Below, piece by piece: positions 7,979-15,426 of a stretch of 25,303 nucleotides of DNA. The position numbers and the translations under genes were made by a program. Position 1 is the first letter of the stretch, and each line of letters begins with the position of its first letter. The notes under the pieces were generated by a model. It was not told the origin of the DNA and searched no databases. It worked only from the letters and a program-made list of their open reading frames with translations. Source of the stretch: a virus (Duplodnaviria; Caudoviricetes); IMG/VR virus record IMGVR_UViG_3300033568_000014, positions 1 through 25,303 of that record. The stretch is one strand, 5' to 3'.

Positions 7979-8737
7979 TCAGAACTCCCTAACCGTGCGG
8001 TAGCCGCCCCAGGCCGCCGTGGCGGACTCGTAGAGCCGGAAATATTCGATAGCGACTACCTGGTCGGGTGACCCTGAGGCGGTCGAGTTGTTCACCATAA
8101 GCCCGATGTAGGCAGGCGTCACCGCGAGCGTGGCGTCCGTGACGGCCACTTCCACATAAGTGATGCCGTCCATTGAATAGCCGAGGTAGCTGGTCGTCCC
8201 AACTCGGCGAATCCGCAGCCAGGCGGCGGGGAACGCCATGAGATCTTTGGCGGTAACGAGGGTCCCGCTAAATGTGTTGGAGCCCGTCCACTTGTTGCCA
8301 ATGATCTGCCAGCTGGCGGGGGTGCTGGTGTAGACGACCTCGTTGGAGAGTTGCGTCCCGCCACTCGTCGCCGTGGCCAGAACCAACCCGGCGCGGGTGT
8401 TGTTGATGGCATTCAGGGAAACGCGGAGCTTACAGATGGCGGTGAAGTCGCCCGGCGGGAAGGGCTGCAGGATGGACCGAAGAAGGTAGGTGGACACGCT
8501 GGCCGTGGTGGGATTGCTCACCATCAACATTCCCGGGATGGTCTTGCTCTGATCCACGGAAGTCAGGCCGCTCCAGTTCAGGCCCGTCCAGCGCCCGGGG
8601 TTCACTTGGTCGGCCTGCCGCTCGAACTCGTCATTCCATGCGGTGACCATGTGCGGCGGGCAGAGGTCCGGGTCCCAGACGCGCCGAGCCTTCAGCCGAG
8701 GGGCTGAAGGGGTGCGAGAGAAGGCGCCATAGGACAT
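7979..8737 (-). CDS. ConA-like/lectin beta-sandwich protein, candidate receptor-binding protein
   Basis: NDEF...W, GDFTAICKL, RAGLVL, WLRIRRVGTTSYLGYSMDGITY, YIGLMV and IEYFR form a pattern like GH43-C/ConA-like domains; no catalytic domain is evident. Confidence 0.65.
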   Translation of the reverse strand: MSYGAFSRTPSAPRLKARRVWDPDLCPPHMVTAWNDEFERQADQVNPGRWTGLNWSGLTSVDQSKTIPGMLMVSNPTTASVSTYLLRSILQPFPPGDFTAICKLRVSLNAINNTRAGLVLATATSGGTQLSNEVVYTSTPASWQIIGNKWTGSNTFSGTLVTAKDLMAFPAAWLRIRRVGTTSYLGYSMDGITYVEVAVTDATLAVTPAYIGLMVNNSTASGSPDQVVAIEYFRLYESATAAWGGYRTVREF

Positions 8738-9147
8738 CAGTAGTCCCCGCCGATGGCCGTGATCTGCCAGCCCGCCGAGACCGCCGTGCCCAGGGCCGCG
8801 TTGAGCTTGTAGCCCGGGGGCAACACTAGATCCGCGTCGAACTCCAATTCCACCAGGGCGGCCACATTGGAGGCGGTGGTGGCGGGCAGCGTGAACTCCT
8901 TCAGGAGCGCGTTATTAGTCCCGGTGGCGTTGGTGCTCCCGTTGTTCAGGAAGAGCCGGATGACGGTGGTGACGTTGGTCCCGAGGGGCGTGAAGCGCAC
9001 CCGATCCACGCGGGTGCCATTCGTGGCGTCCGCCGTCAGGATCGTCGCCACGGTGCCGGTGCCGTCCGTGGCGGTATTGGCCGCCGTGAGGACGCCCCAG
9101 CCGATCTTGCCGAGCTTGGGATAGATCGGGCTCGTGTTGGCGGCCAT
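8737..9147 (-). CDS. Conserved beta-rich virion protein (MAANT...GGDY type)
   Basis: 136 aa, TGATG-coupled on both sides, Thr/Ala/Gly-rich alternating beta strands. Confidence 0.75.
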   Translation of the reverse strand: MAANTSPIYPKLGKIGWGVLTAANTATDGTGTVATILTADATNGTRVDRVRFTPLGTNVTTVIRLFLNNGSTNATGTNNALLKEFTLPATTASNVAALVELEFDADLVLPPGYKLNAALGTAVSAGWQITAIGGDY

Positions 9148-9416
9148 CAGAAGCCTCCCTGGGTGTAGTGGCTGAAGACACGAAGGGGGCCGAGGGCCGC
9201 GTCGAGGCCCGTCACTTCAGTGGCGGGATGCGTGTGGCTCTTGTTCAGGACGTTGGCCCAGTCCACCTGCACCGGATCTGCGGTCCCGTCGCTCTCGCCG
9301 AGGAACAGTTCATTGGTGTCCGTGGCGCCGAAGATTTCCCCGTCCAGCGCGTCCGTGATGGAGGCGACGGCCGCCCGGAGACCCCGGCGGATGCGGATGA
9401 GCGTTGCGCGGCCCAT
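9147..9416 (-). CDS. Mini fibre adaptor: Mtd-N/hyaluronidase-N-like domain plus HTH fibre repeat
   Basis: Start reassigned to ATG 9416 (TGATG with the gp25 stop); 89 aa. IRIRRG...DGEIFGATDTNELFLG followed by VDWANVLNK and HTHPATEVTGL. Confidence 0.7.
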   Translation of the reverse strand: MGRATLIRIRRGLRAAVASITDALDGEIFGATDTNELFLGESDGTADPVQVDWANVLNKSHTHPATEVTGLDAALGPLRVFSHYTQGGF

Positions 9417-9892
9417 CAGAACGTCCCCCCGTCCACCGTCGTCAGCGTCAGCGACGCGGCGAAGGGGATGGATACGAAGCCCGCCACGGCATCCGGGGCG
9501 GCTGAGGTTGACGCCACCTGTTCCACAGTCGTCTGGGGCACCTGGCCGGCGGTGTTGACCGCTTCCACCGGCACCCATGCCACGCTGATGGAGAGCTTGC
9601 CGGCCACGGTGGCGGTCACTTCCACCTGCAGGACACGGCAGCGCCGCTCCCACCGGGCGATGGACTCCAGGATCTCGGAGATGAGCCGGGCCCGGACATC
9701 CGAAAGGGGCCGGTCCACCGAGGCCATGAGGTCCACCGCGAAGTCCGGCCGGTAAGGGTCGCTCCCCTTCTGGGTCGTGAGGATGACGACGATGCACTGA
9801 TGGATGTCGTCAACGTCCTCTACAATCTCGCCGAGGTGGGCGAGTTTCGGCTGCCAGTAGGCGGCCTGGATCTCCGGGTAGGCGACGACCAC
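9416..9892 (-). CDS. Baseplate W / gp25-like protein with C-terminal extension
   Basis: DIHQCIVVILTTQKGSDPYRPDF and IARWERR core, plus an extra tail of about 45 aa ending TVDGGTF. Confidence 0.9.
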   Translation of the reverse strand: MVVAYPEIQAAYWQPKLAHLGEIVEDVDDIHQCIVVILTTQKGSDPYRPDFAVDLMASVDRPLSDVRARLISEILESIARWERRCRVLQVEVTATVAGKLSISVAWVPVEAVNTAGQVPQTTVEQVASTSAAPDAVAGFVSIPFAASLTLTTVDGGTF

Positions 9893-9923
9893 AGCCCCAA
9901 GGTCACGCCCAGGCGGGGTCCCT

Positions 9924-9946
9924 TATGGCAAACCGTGCGAAAACCG
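9924..9946 (-). promoter_or_regulatory. Conserved intergenic motif copy 1 (putative late-promoter activator site)
   Basis: TATGGCAAACCGTGCGAAAACCG on the + strand, 21/23 identical to 22782-22804; lies in the gap between V and W. Confidence 0.65.
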
Positions 9947-9951
9947 CCGTG

Positions 9952-10587
9952 TCATACGGGCGGACCCGTGGACGACCCGCCCGAGGTCACGCCGGAATGG
10001 ACATGCGTGGTCAGTGCGACCGTGCCAGAGGTGATCTCCCCGGTGGCGTCAATGGTGCTCTGGAAGGTGGCGTCCCCGCCCACATCCAGGGTGCCCGTGA
10101 TGGAGACCGGCCCGTCCAGGATGATGGAAGGGGCCTGGACCGTAGCCGTCCCGCCGGCCTGGACCGTGGCGTCCGCGTCCGAATGGACCATGACATTCCC
10201 CGTGGCCTCCAGGGTCGCGGTGCCCACCACATGGGCCAGCAGCTCGTGGGCCGTGGGATCGTATTGGAGGATGGTCCCGTCCGGAAATTCCCGGTGCCAG
10301 GCCTTGGCGGGCACATCCGGCGGGGGATCTGCATCGCTGTAGACGGCGCCCAGGATCACGCCCCATTCGCACCGCTCATCCATGAGGCAGACCACCTGTT
10401 CCCCGATGGTGGGCATGACGAACTCGCGCGCGCCCAGGCTCCACTGGACCAGCACCGGCAGCCATGCGGATTCCATGCCGACCTGGCCCTCGATCTCAGT
10501 CTCGACCGCCGTGGGGAACTGCACCTTCGCCTTCCCCTTGGCGGGGTCAAGCTGGGTCACCAGGGCGAAGCGGAAGGGGCTGTTCAT
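9952..10587 (-). CDS. Baseplate central spike, P2 gpV-like
   Basis: OB-fold N-terminus (SAWLPV, PTIGEQVVCL, GVILGAVYS), FPDGT..YD, beta-helix and C-terminal HVH metal-binding tip (THVHSGV...TGPP). Confidence 0.95.
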   Translation of the reverse strand: MNSPFRFALVTQLDPAKGKAKVQFPTAVETEIEGQVGMESAWLPVLVQWSLGAREFVMPTIGEQVVCLMDERCEWGVILGAVYSDADPPPDVPAKAWHREFPDGTILQYDPTAHELLAHVVGTATLEATGNVMVHSDADATVQAGGTATVQAPSIILDGPVSITGTLDVGGDATFQSTIDATGEITSGTVALTTHVHSGVTSGGSSTGPPV

Positions 10588-10606
10588 TCAGGCTTCCTGT
10601 GGCTGT

Positions 10607-11683
10607 TCATTCGGGCTTCCTCATCACGTCGATGGTCGTGTCATAGCCCCCGCCCCCCTCGAACCGGTGCGCAGCCCGGATGATGACGTAGGGCCCAGAC
10701 TGGACGCCGAAGCCGTTGAGCTGCACCGGCATGGCCGCCCGCAGCCGGGGGTCGCCGTAGAAGCGCAGGGTGCCCTCCGCACTCTGCATCTTGGCGACCA
10801 TGCGCCGGGCCTGGCGCCGGATCTCCGCCTGGGCGTAGTCCTCGACCGTGCCCATGATGACGGCCACATCCTGGGCGGACACCCCGGCAACCTGCGTCCC
10901 GCCCGCCTGGCGCGCGGAGGAATTGGGCAGGGGCACCTTCCCCACCGGGATGACTGGGCGGGGCTTGGCGGTGTGCATGATCTTGTCTTTGATCTCAGGA
11001 TTCCAGGCCCGGACCACGGCATCCCGCGCGGTGGTGGTGATCTTCTGGGACAGGTCATAGTCCCGGCAGTCCGTGCGGTTGATGGTGACCTCGGCTTCCT
11101 GGTTGAGCATCTGGCCGATGTTGTTCACCACCACCTCGCCATCGGTCACCTTGACGTAGCAGCCGAAGGCCTCCGCCATGCGGATGATGAACTGCATGGC
11201 GGTCTCGTTGTCCCGGGTGCAGCGCGCCAGGGTCACATCCGGCAGGGTGCCCATCATGGTCATCCCCGCGCCCTTGACCGTGGCGTTGATGACCTCCTTC
11301 AGCTTTGTCTTCTGCCAGGTCTTCGACCCACGCTGGCGCAAGGGCGACTTCACGGATGCGCTCAGAGCCCGCATCGTGAGTTGGTCCGGCGGGCCGTGCG
11401 CCTTGATCTCGTCCACCGCGAAAGTCCCGCAGTACCAGAGGCCCTGGAGCGGCCCGGTCTCATAGCCGATCATCAGCGCCAGGTCGTCCCCCAACTTCGG
11501 GAAGTAGGCCGGGCCGGTAAAAATCCCCTGGGAATCCTCCAAGGTGATGCTCAGCTCGTCAGCCTCGCCGTGCATGTTGTCCGTGAACTGGAGCTGCGTC
11601 AGGAACGGCGTGATCGCCGCCGACACGTTCACATCGCGCCAGGTCACCTGGAACGTCGGCTGTGGGACGCGCTCATCCGCCAT
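10607..11683 (-). CDS. Baseplate hub, P2 gpD (late control D)-like
   Basis: FTDNMHGEADELSITLED, GTFAVDEI and GDPRLRA..PVQL.GFG..SG.Y.I..A.H motifs. Confidence 0.92.
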   Translation of the reverse strand: MADERVPQPTFQVTWRDVNVSAAITPFLTQLQFTDNMHGEADELSITLEDSQGIFTGPAYFPKLGDDLALMIGYETGPLQGLWYCGTFAVDEIKAHGPPDQLTMRALSASVKSPLRQRGSKTWQKTKLKEVINATVKGAGMTMMGTLPDVTLARCTRDNETAMQFIIRMAEAFGCYVKVTDGEVVVNNIGQMLNQEAEVTINRTDCRDYDLSQKITTTARDAVVRAWNPEIKDKIMHTAKPRPVIPVGKVPLPNSSARQAGGTQVAGVSAQDVAVIMGTVEDYAQAEIRRQARRMVAKMQSAEGTLRFYGDPRLRAAMPVQLNGFGVQSGPYVIIRAAHRFEGGGGYDTTIDVMRKPE

Positions 11684-11922
11684 CAGGTCCGCCAGGGGGC
11701 GAAGGTCTGCCGGGTCAGGAGGTCCACCTCGGACACCATCGGGATGTGTAGGACGGTCCCGGAGGCCAGCACGGGCTCCCGGAGCTCAAGGAGAGCTGCC
11801 GAGGGATTCGCCTTGGAAATCCGCTGCCACTCGAAGGGGTCGCCGTAGTAGCGCCACGCCAGGAGGTCCAGCCGGTCGCCCGTCTGGGTCGTGTGGACGA
11901 GGTAGTTGGGGGCGGCCATCAC
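11683..11922 (-). CDS. Tail protein X (LysM-like)
   Basis: HTTQTGDRLDLLAWRYYG...I..ANP...PW motif. Confidence 0.92.
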   Translation of the reverse strand: MMAAPNYLVHTTQTGDRLDLLAWRYYGDPFEWQRISKANPSAALLELREPVLASGTVLHIPMVSEVDLLTRQTFAPWRT

Positions 11923-12419
11923 TTCCCCTTCTTCGTGGTGGCCGGCTGGCTACCGGTGGCAGGAATTACGGCAGGCCTGCTGACGGGCGTGATCGTCAGG
12001 GCCGCAACGTCTGTGTATTCCTTGAGGCCTAGTTGCACTTCGGCCCAGACGATGATGCCGTTGGGCAGCATCTTCCCGGGCTTGCTGGAGAACTTGGAAA
12101 TGACGTACCGGCCCTTGTAGAACCCGGCGCCCAGGCGGAGCGGGAGGATCTGCCCTTCCCGCTGCGCCTGCCGAAGTCGGGCCAGCATCCATTCCACCGG
12201 CGTCTTCGTCAGCACCGCCGACAGCTTCAAAGTCAGGTTCAACTCGATCAGGTCCGTCCCGAAGAACTGCAGCCGGGGCTTGCCAAGGATCACGGAGTGC
12301 TCGGGGAGCGTGGTGTTCTCCGATTCCTCCCAACCTGTGGGGCCCTGAATCGCGGAGAACTCAATATCCCCGAGCGCCAGGAGGTATTTGATCGGGGCGG
12401 GCTTCGCAGCGGCGGCCAT
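11919..12419 (-). CDS. P2 gpU-like tail tube initiator
   Basis: LALGDIEF, EHSVILGKPRLQFFG, G.YVI and LKEY motifs; follows the tape measure gene. Confidence 0.9.
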   Translation of the reverse strand: MAAAAKPAPIKYLLALGDIEFSAIQGPTGWEESENTTLPEHSVILGKPRLQFFGTDLIELNLTLKLSAVLTKTPVEWMLARLRQAQREGQILPLRLGAGFYKGRYVISKFSSKPGKMLPNGIIVWAEVQLGLKEYTDVAALTITPVSRPAVIPATGSQPATTKKGK

Positions 12420-14527
12420 CAGTGCGCCCCCGCCATGAGCATGGGCCGGTTGTCAGGGCCGGAGCGGAGGTTGGTGCGCTGGGCTTCGGACCGGGCCTGC
12501 TTCCAACCGCGCACGGCGGCTTCACCGCCAGCCTGCCGGACCTGATCCTCGGTCATGCCGTTCTGCACGGTCACATTCACCTGCCCGATGGTCACACCAT
12601 GGGAGCGCATGGAGTCGGCGACCTTCCACCGGCCTTCCTCGGCGGCCTTGGGGCCGTTGTTGACACGGTTGTACATGGCATCCACAACCCCCATACGGGC
12701 CGCGTTCGAGTTGGCTTCGACTCGACCCACAGACCCCCGGACGGATTCGCCGTAGGCACCATTGCCGGACTTGATGGCTTCTGTCCACGAGGCGCCCCTC
12801 GCCCGCGCGTCCTGCATGGCCCCGAAGGCAGCCATCCCGGCGCGGAGCGGGGAGAACGCGAAGTCCACCGCAGCGGCCACTTCGCGGAGCGTCCCCACCA
12901 TAACATTTAGGCCAACCACCATGTTCCGGATCTGGTCCACCAACAGCCTGGCAGCCATCTCGCCCACGGTGAACCGCTCACCCATGGCGCCCAGACCGGT
13001 ATCAATGTTCAGGAACTCACCGCCCAGCGCCTGGAGGCTCCGAAGAAGCTCCTGGGTCTCGCTGTTCAGTGAGGTCAGTTCAGGCGTGATCGCCTCAGAG
13101 TGCTTCCACACGAGGTAGAGTCCGCCGGCCAGGAAGGCCGCCGCGACCGCCAAGCCAGCCACCACCGGCCAGAGCGGGACCATGGCGGCCATCAGCGGCG
13201 CCAGGGCCGCCACGCCCGTGGCCAGCTTGCCGAGGACCAGAACCGTGCCCCCACCGGCCAGGAGGAACCCGCCAAGGGCGGTCACACCAAGGGCGATTTG
13301 TCCCGTCAATTTGGGGTTTGCGGAGATCCAGTCAGCCATCTTGGCCACGATTTCATTCAACCGCGTCACCAGCGGAAGAAGCGTGGGCTTCATGGCCGCG
13401 CCGATCTTGCGGATGGCGGAAACAGTCGTTCCACCAAGCGCCTCCCAAGCAGCGCCCAGGGTGTCCAGCTTCCGCTGGACCCGCGTGCTCAAATCCTCCT
13501 GATCCGCCATGATGGCCGCCACCTTGGCCATGTTCTTGTCGTCCACGAGGGACGCGACCATCTTGGCGCCCTGCGTCCCGAACAGCTTTTCCACGAGCAG
13601 CTGCTGTTGCTGGGTCAGCTTCGCCAGCTTCGGCATCTGCTTGACCATGTTGTCAATGCCGAGGAACTTGCCATTCTTGTCGAAGAACTCCAACTTGATG
13701 CCGGAATCCCGCAGGGACTTCATGGCAGCCTTCATCACCGCGCCCCGGCTGTCGGTCACATTCTCGAAGCGCACGGAAAGCTCCGCCAGCTTCTGGAGCG
13801 ACTGGCCCATGGAAGTGCCCATCTGGGAACCTTCCACGCCGGTCTGCTTCAGGACGCCCGCCAGGGTCAGCACTGTCCCCGAGGCTGCGATGCCCTGGGC
13901 GCCCAGCGCCTTCAACTGCGCCGAAGCATAGGGGATCGAATCACTCATTTCCTGGAGCGTGATGCCCGTCCCGTACCGCAGCCGCTGGATCTGGTCCGCG
14001 AAGGCCATGGAGTCTTCGCCCGCGATGCCGAGGGCCTTCGCCATCGCCACGAACTGGCGGCCCCCATCCTCCGGGCTCAGGTCAAACAGGACCTTGAGCG
14101 CGGTCGCAGCCTGAAAGCCGCCCTTCGCCAAGGTCTCGGTACTCATCCCGGCCATCTTCGCGGCCACGGCCAGCTTGGCGAAGTCTTCCTCGGTGCCGGG
14201 CATAATCTGGCCGGCCTTCTCGATCTGCCTACGCAGGTCCGCGAAGTAGACGGACGGGCCGTTCTTGCCGTTGAAGGCGTTCTCTAGATCCACCTGGACA
14301 TTCTCCAGGGTCTGGTAGGACTTCAGGATGCCACCCATCCCGGCCAGGATGCCACCGCCCATGAGCGCGGTCCTGCCACCGAATCCAGCCATGCCGTTAC
14401 CGACGCGATGGAGGTTCGCCATTTTCTGTTCAAGGACGCGGGTCTGATTCTCGATCCCCTTCATGGGACCGGTCATCATGTCCACGCCCTTGAAAATGAC
14501 TTTTACCAGCGCGTCCTGGAAACTCAT
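12419..14527 (-). CDS. Tail tape measure protein
   Basis: 702 aa, Ala/Gly-rich and helical, with a TP901-type core (GVEGSQMGTS, EKLFGTQG) and a central hydrophobic region; follows the chaperone. Confidence 0.93.
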   Translation of the reverse strand: MSFQDALVKVIFKGVDMMTGPMKGIENQTRVLEQKMANLHRVGNGMAGFGGRTALMGGGILAGMGGILKSYQTLENVQVDLENAFNGKNGPSVYFADLRRQIEKAGQIMPGTEEDFAKLAVAAKMAGMSTETLAKGGFQAATALKVLFDLSPEDGGRQFVAMAKALGIAGEDSMAFADQIQRLRYGTGITLQEMSDSIPYASAQLKALGAQGIAASGTVLTLAGVLKQTGVEGSQMGTSMGQSLQKLAELSVRFENVTDSRGAVMKAAMKSLRDSGIKLEFFDKNGKFLGIDNMVKQMPKLAKLTQQQQLLVEKLFGTQGAKMVASLVDDKNMAKVAAIMADQEDLSTRVQRKLDTLGAAWEALGGTTVSAIRKIGAAMKPTLLPLVTRLNEIVAKMADWISANPKLTGQIALGVTALGGFLLAGGGTVLVLGKLATGVAALAPLMAAMVPLWPVVAGLAVAAAFLAGGLYLVWKHSEAITPELTSLNSETQELLRSLQALGGEFLNIDTGLGAMGERFTVGEMAARLLVDQIRNMVVGLNVMVGTLREVAAAVDFAFSPLRAGMAAFGAMQDARARGASWTEAIKSGNGAYGESVRGSVGRVEANSNAARMGVVDAMYNRVNNGPKAAEEGRWKVADSMRSHGVTIGQVNVTVQNGMTEDQVRQAGGEAAVRGWKQARSEAQRTNLRSGPDNRPMLMAGAH

Positions 14528-14897
14528 TCATCACCCTCTGGTCTTTCGATCTGTCCGAGCCACCACACGAGGGCATCCGCCTCCAGGTCCAGCGCGTCCT
14601 TGAGCCCTAGGCCGAACGCACGCCAGAGAGCGGCGAAGGCTCCCGCCGGGAGGCGGAGAGAAAAACCTCGCACCCCGAGAACAGGGCGGCCAGGTCGTCC
14701 TCGTCCAGATCCTCGATCTCATGTTTGGAGGCCTGCACCCCATTCAGCAGGACGCGGCGCGCCAGGAGGGAAAGCCCGAACTCCTTCTCGGATTTCGAGT
14801 CCACACACTGGCGCTCCGCTTCAACCAGGTCCCGGCCCAAGAGGCGCCGGAACGTGGCTGTCTTCCCGCTGTACGGCAAAACAATTTCGTGAGCCAT
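14524..14897 (-). CDS. Frameshifted chaperone extension (E+E' / G-T type), -1 frameshift at G GTT TTT (14661-14667)
   Basis: The -1 frame after the heptamer reads SLRLPAGAFAALWRAFGLGLKDALDLEADALVWWLGQIERPEGDE*. Its TGA overlaps the tape-measure ATG. Predicted product 124 aa. Confidence 0.82.
14607..14897 (-). CDS. Tail assembly chaperone (P2 gpE / lambda gpG analogue)
   Basis: ATG 14897 in TGATG overlap with the tube stop; 96 aa. TFRRLLGRDL...IEDLDEDDL motif; sits between tube and tape measure. Confidence 0.88.
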   Translation of the reverse strand: MAHEIVLPYSGKTATFRRLLGRDLVEAERQCVDSKSEKEFGLSLLARRVLLNGVQASKHEIEDLDEDDLAALFSGCEVFLSASRREPSPLSGVRSA

Positions 14898-15418
14898 CAC
14901 ATCCCCATCGCAGCCCGGAGCGCCGCGTTCTGGTCCTCGCCGTTGATGACGAAGATGTTGTTCTGGGCGTCATACAGGACCAGCTCATCGCCCGCCAGGC
15001 TGATGCGGACGTAGGAGAGGCTGAAGGTGTACTTGCCTTCGTTGGGCTTGTTCTGCTCCAGGGAGCCCAGCGAGGTGTCCTTGGCGAAGCCGCGCATGGC
15101 GATTTCCACGCCTTCCACGCTCACCCGGGCGCCGGAGACCCAGACTTCCTGGGGCGCCATCACCAAGAGGTCGGCGGGCTTGGAACTCTTGAGCACTTCG
15201 CCCAGGAAGTCCTTGCTCATGCCGTTCATGGTGACGGTGGCTTCCAGCACCTCGTAGGCGCCGGTGGGGAACTCGACATTGCCGAGCATCCCGAGGCCGT
15301 CGTACTTTTCCACGAGGCGCTTGAGGCCCGGGATCTCGACCGTCTTGGCGAGGCCCAGGAAGCTCTTGCCCGCGCTGTAGAGCGCGGCGTTGCTGATTCG
15401 TGCGGTCTGGTTGGCCAT
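14897..15418 (-). CDS. Major tail tube protein (P2 FII-like)
   Basis: SFLGLAKTVEIP, YDGLGMLG.VE, Y.RI...G.E...YD..NNIFVINGED motifs. Confidence 0.93.
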   Translation of the reverse strand: MANQTARISNAALYSAGKSFLGLAKTVEIPGLKRLVEKYDGLGMLGNVEFPTGAYEVLEATVTMNGMSKDFLGEVLKSSKPADLLVMAPQEVWVSGARVSVEGVEIAMRGFAKDTSLGSLEQNKPNEGKYTFSLSYVRISLAGDELVLYDAQNNIFVINGEDQNAALRAAMGM

Positions 15419-15426
15419 GGTCTACC

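Noticed and set aside
7979-9416. Diversity-generating retroelement, suggested by the Mtd-N-like domain and lectin
   Set aside because: No reverse transcriptase and no TR/VR repeat pair with adenine-specific mismatches seen in the window; it cannot be excluded elsewhere in the genome.
9924-9946. Sigma-54 promoter reading of the motif (CGCAC...TTGC)
   Set aside because: It lacks the invariant GG, and the spacing to GC is 8 nt rather than the required 10.
14531-14743. 70-aa track ORF as the chaperone extension
   Set aside because: It is in the +1/-2 frame with Arg/Pro-rich noise. The -1 frame has the gpE'-like motif and couples to the tape-measure start.
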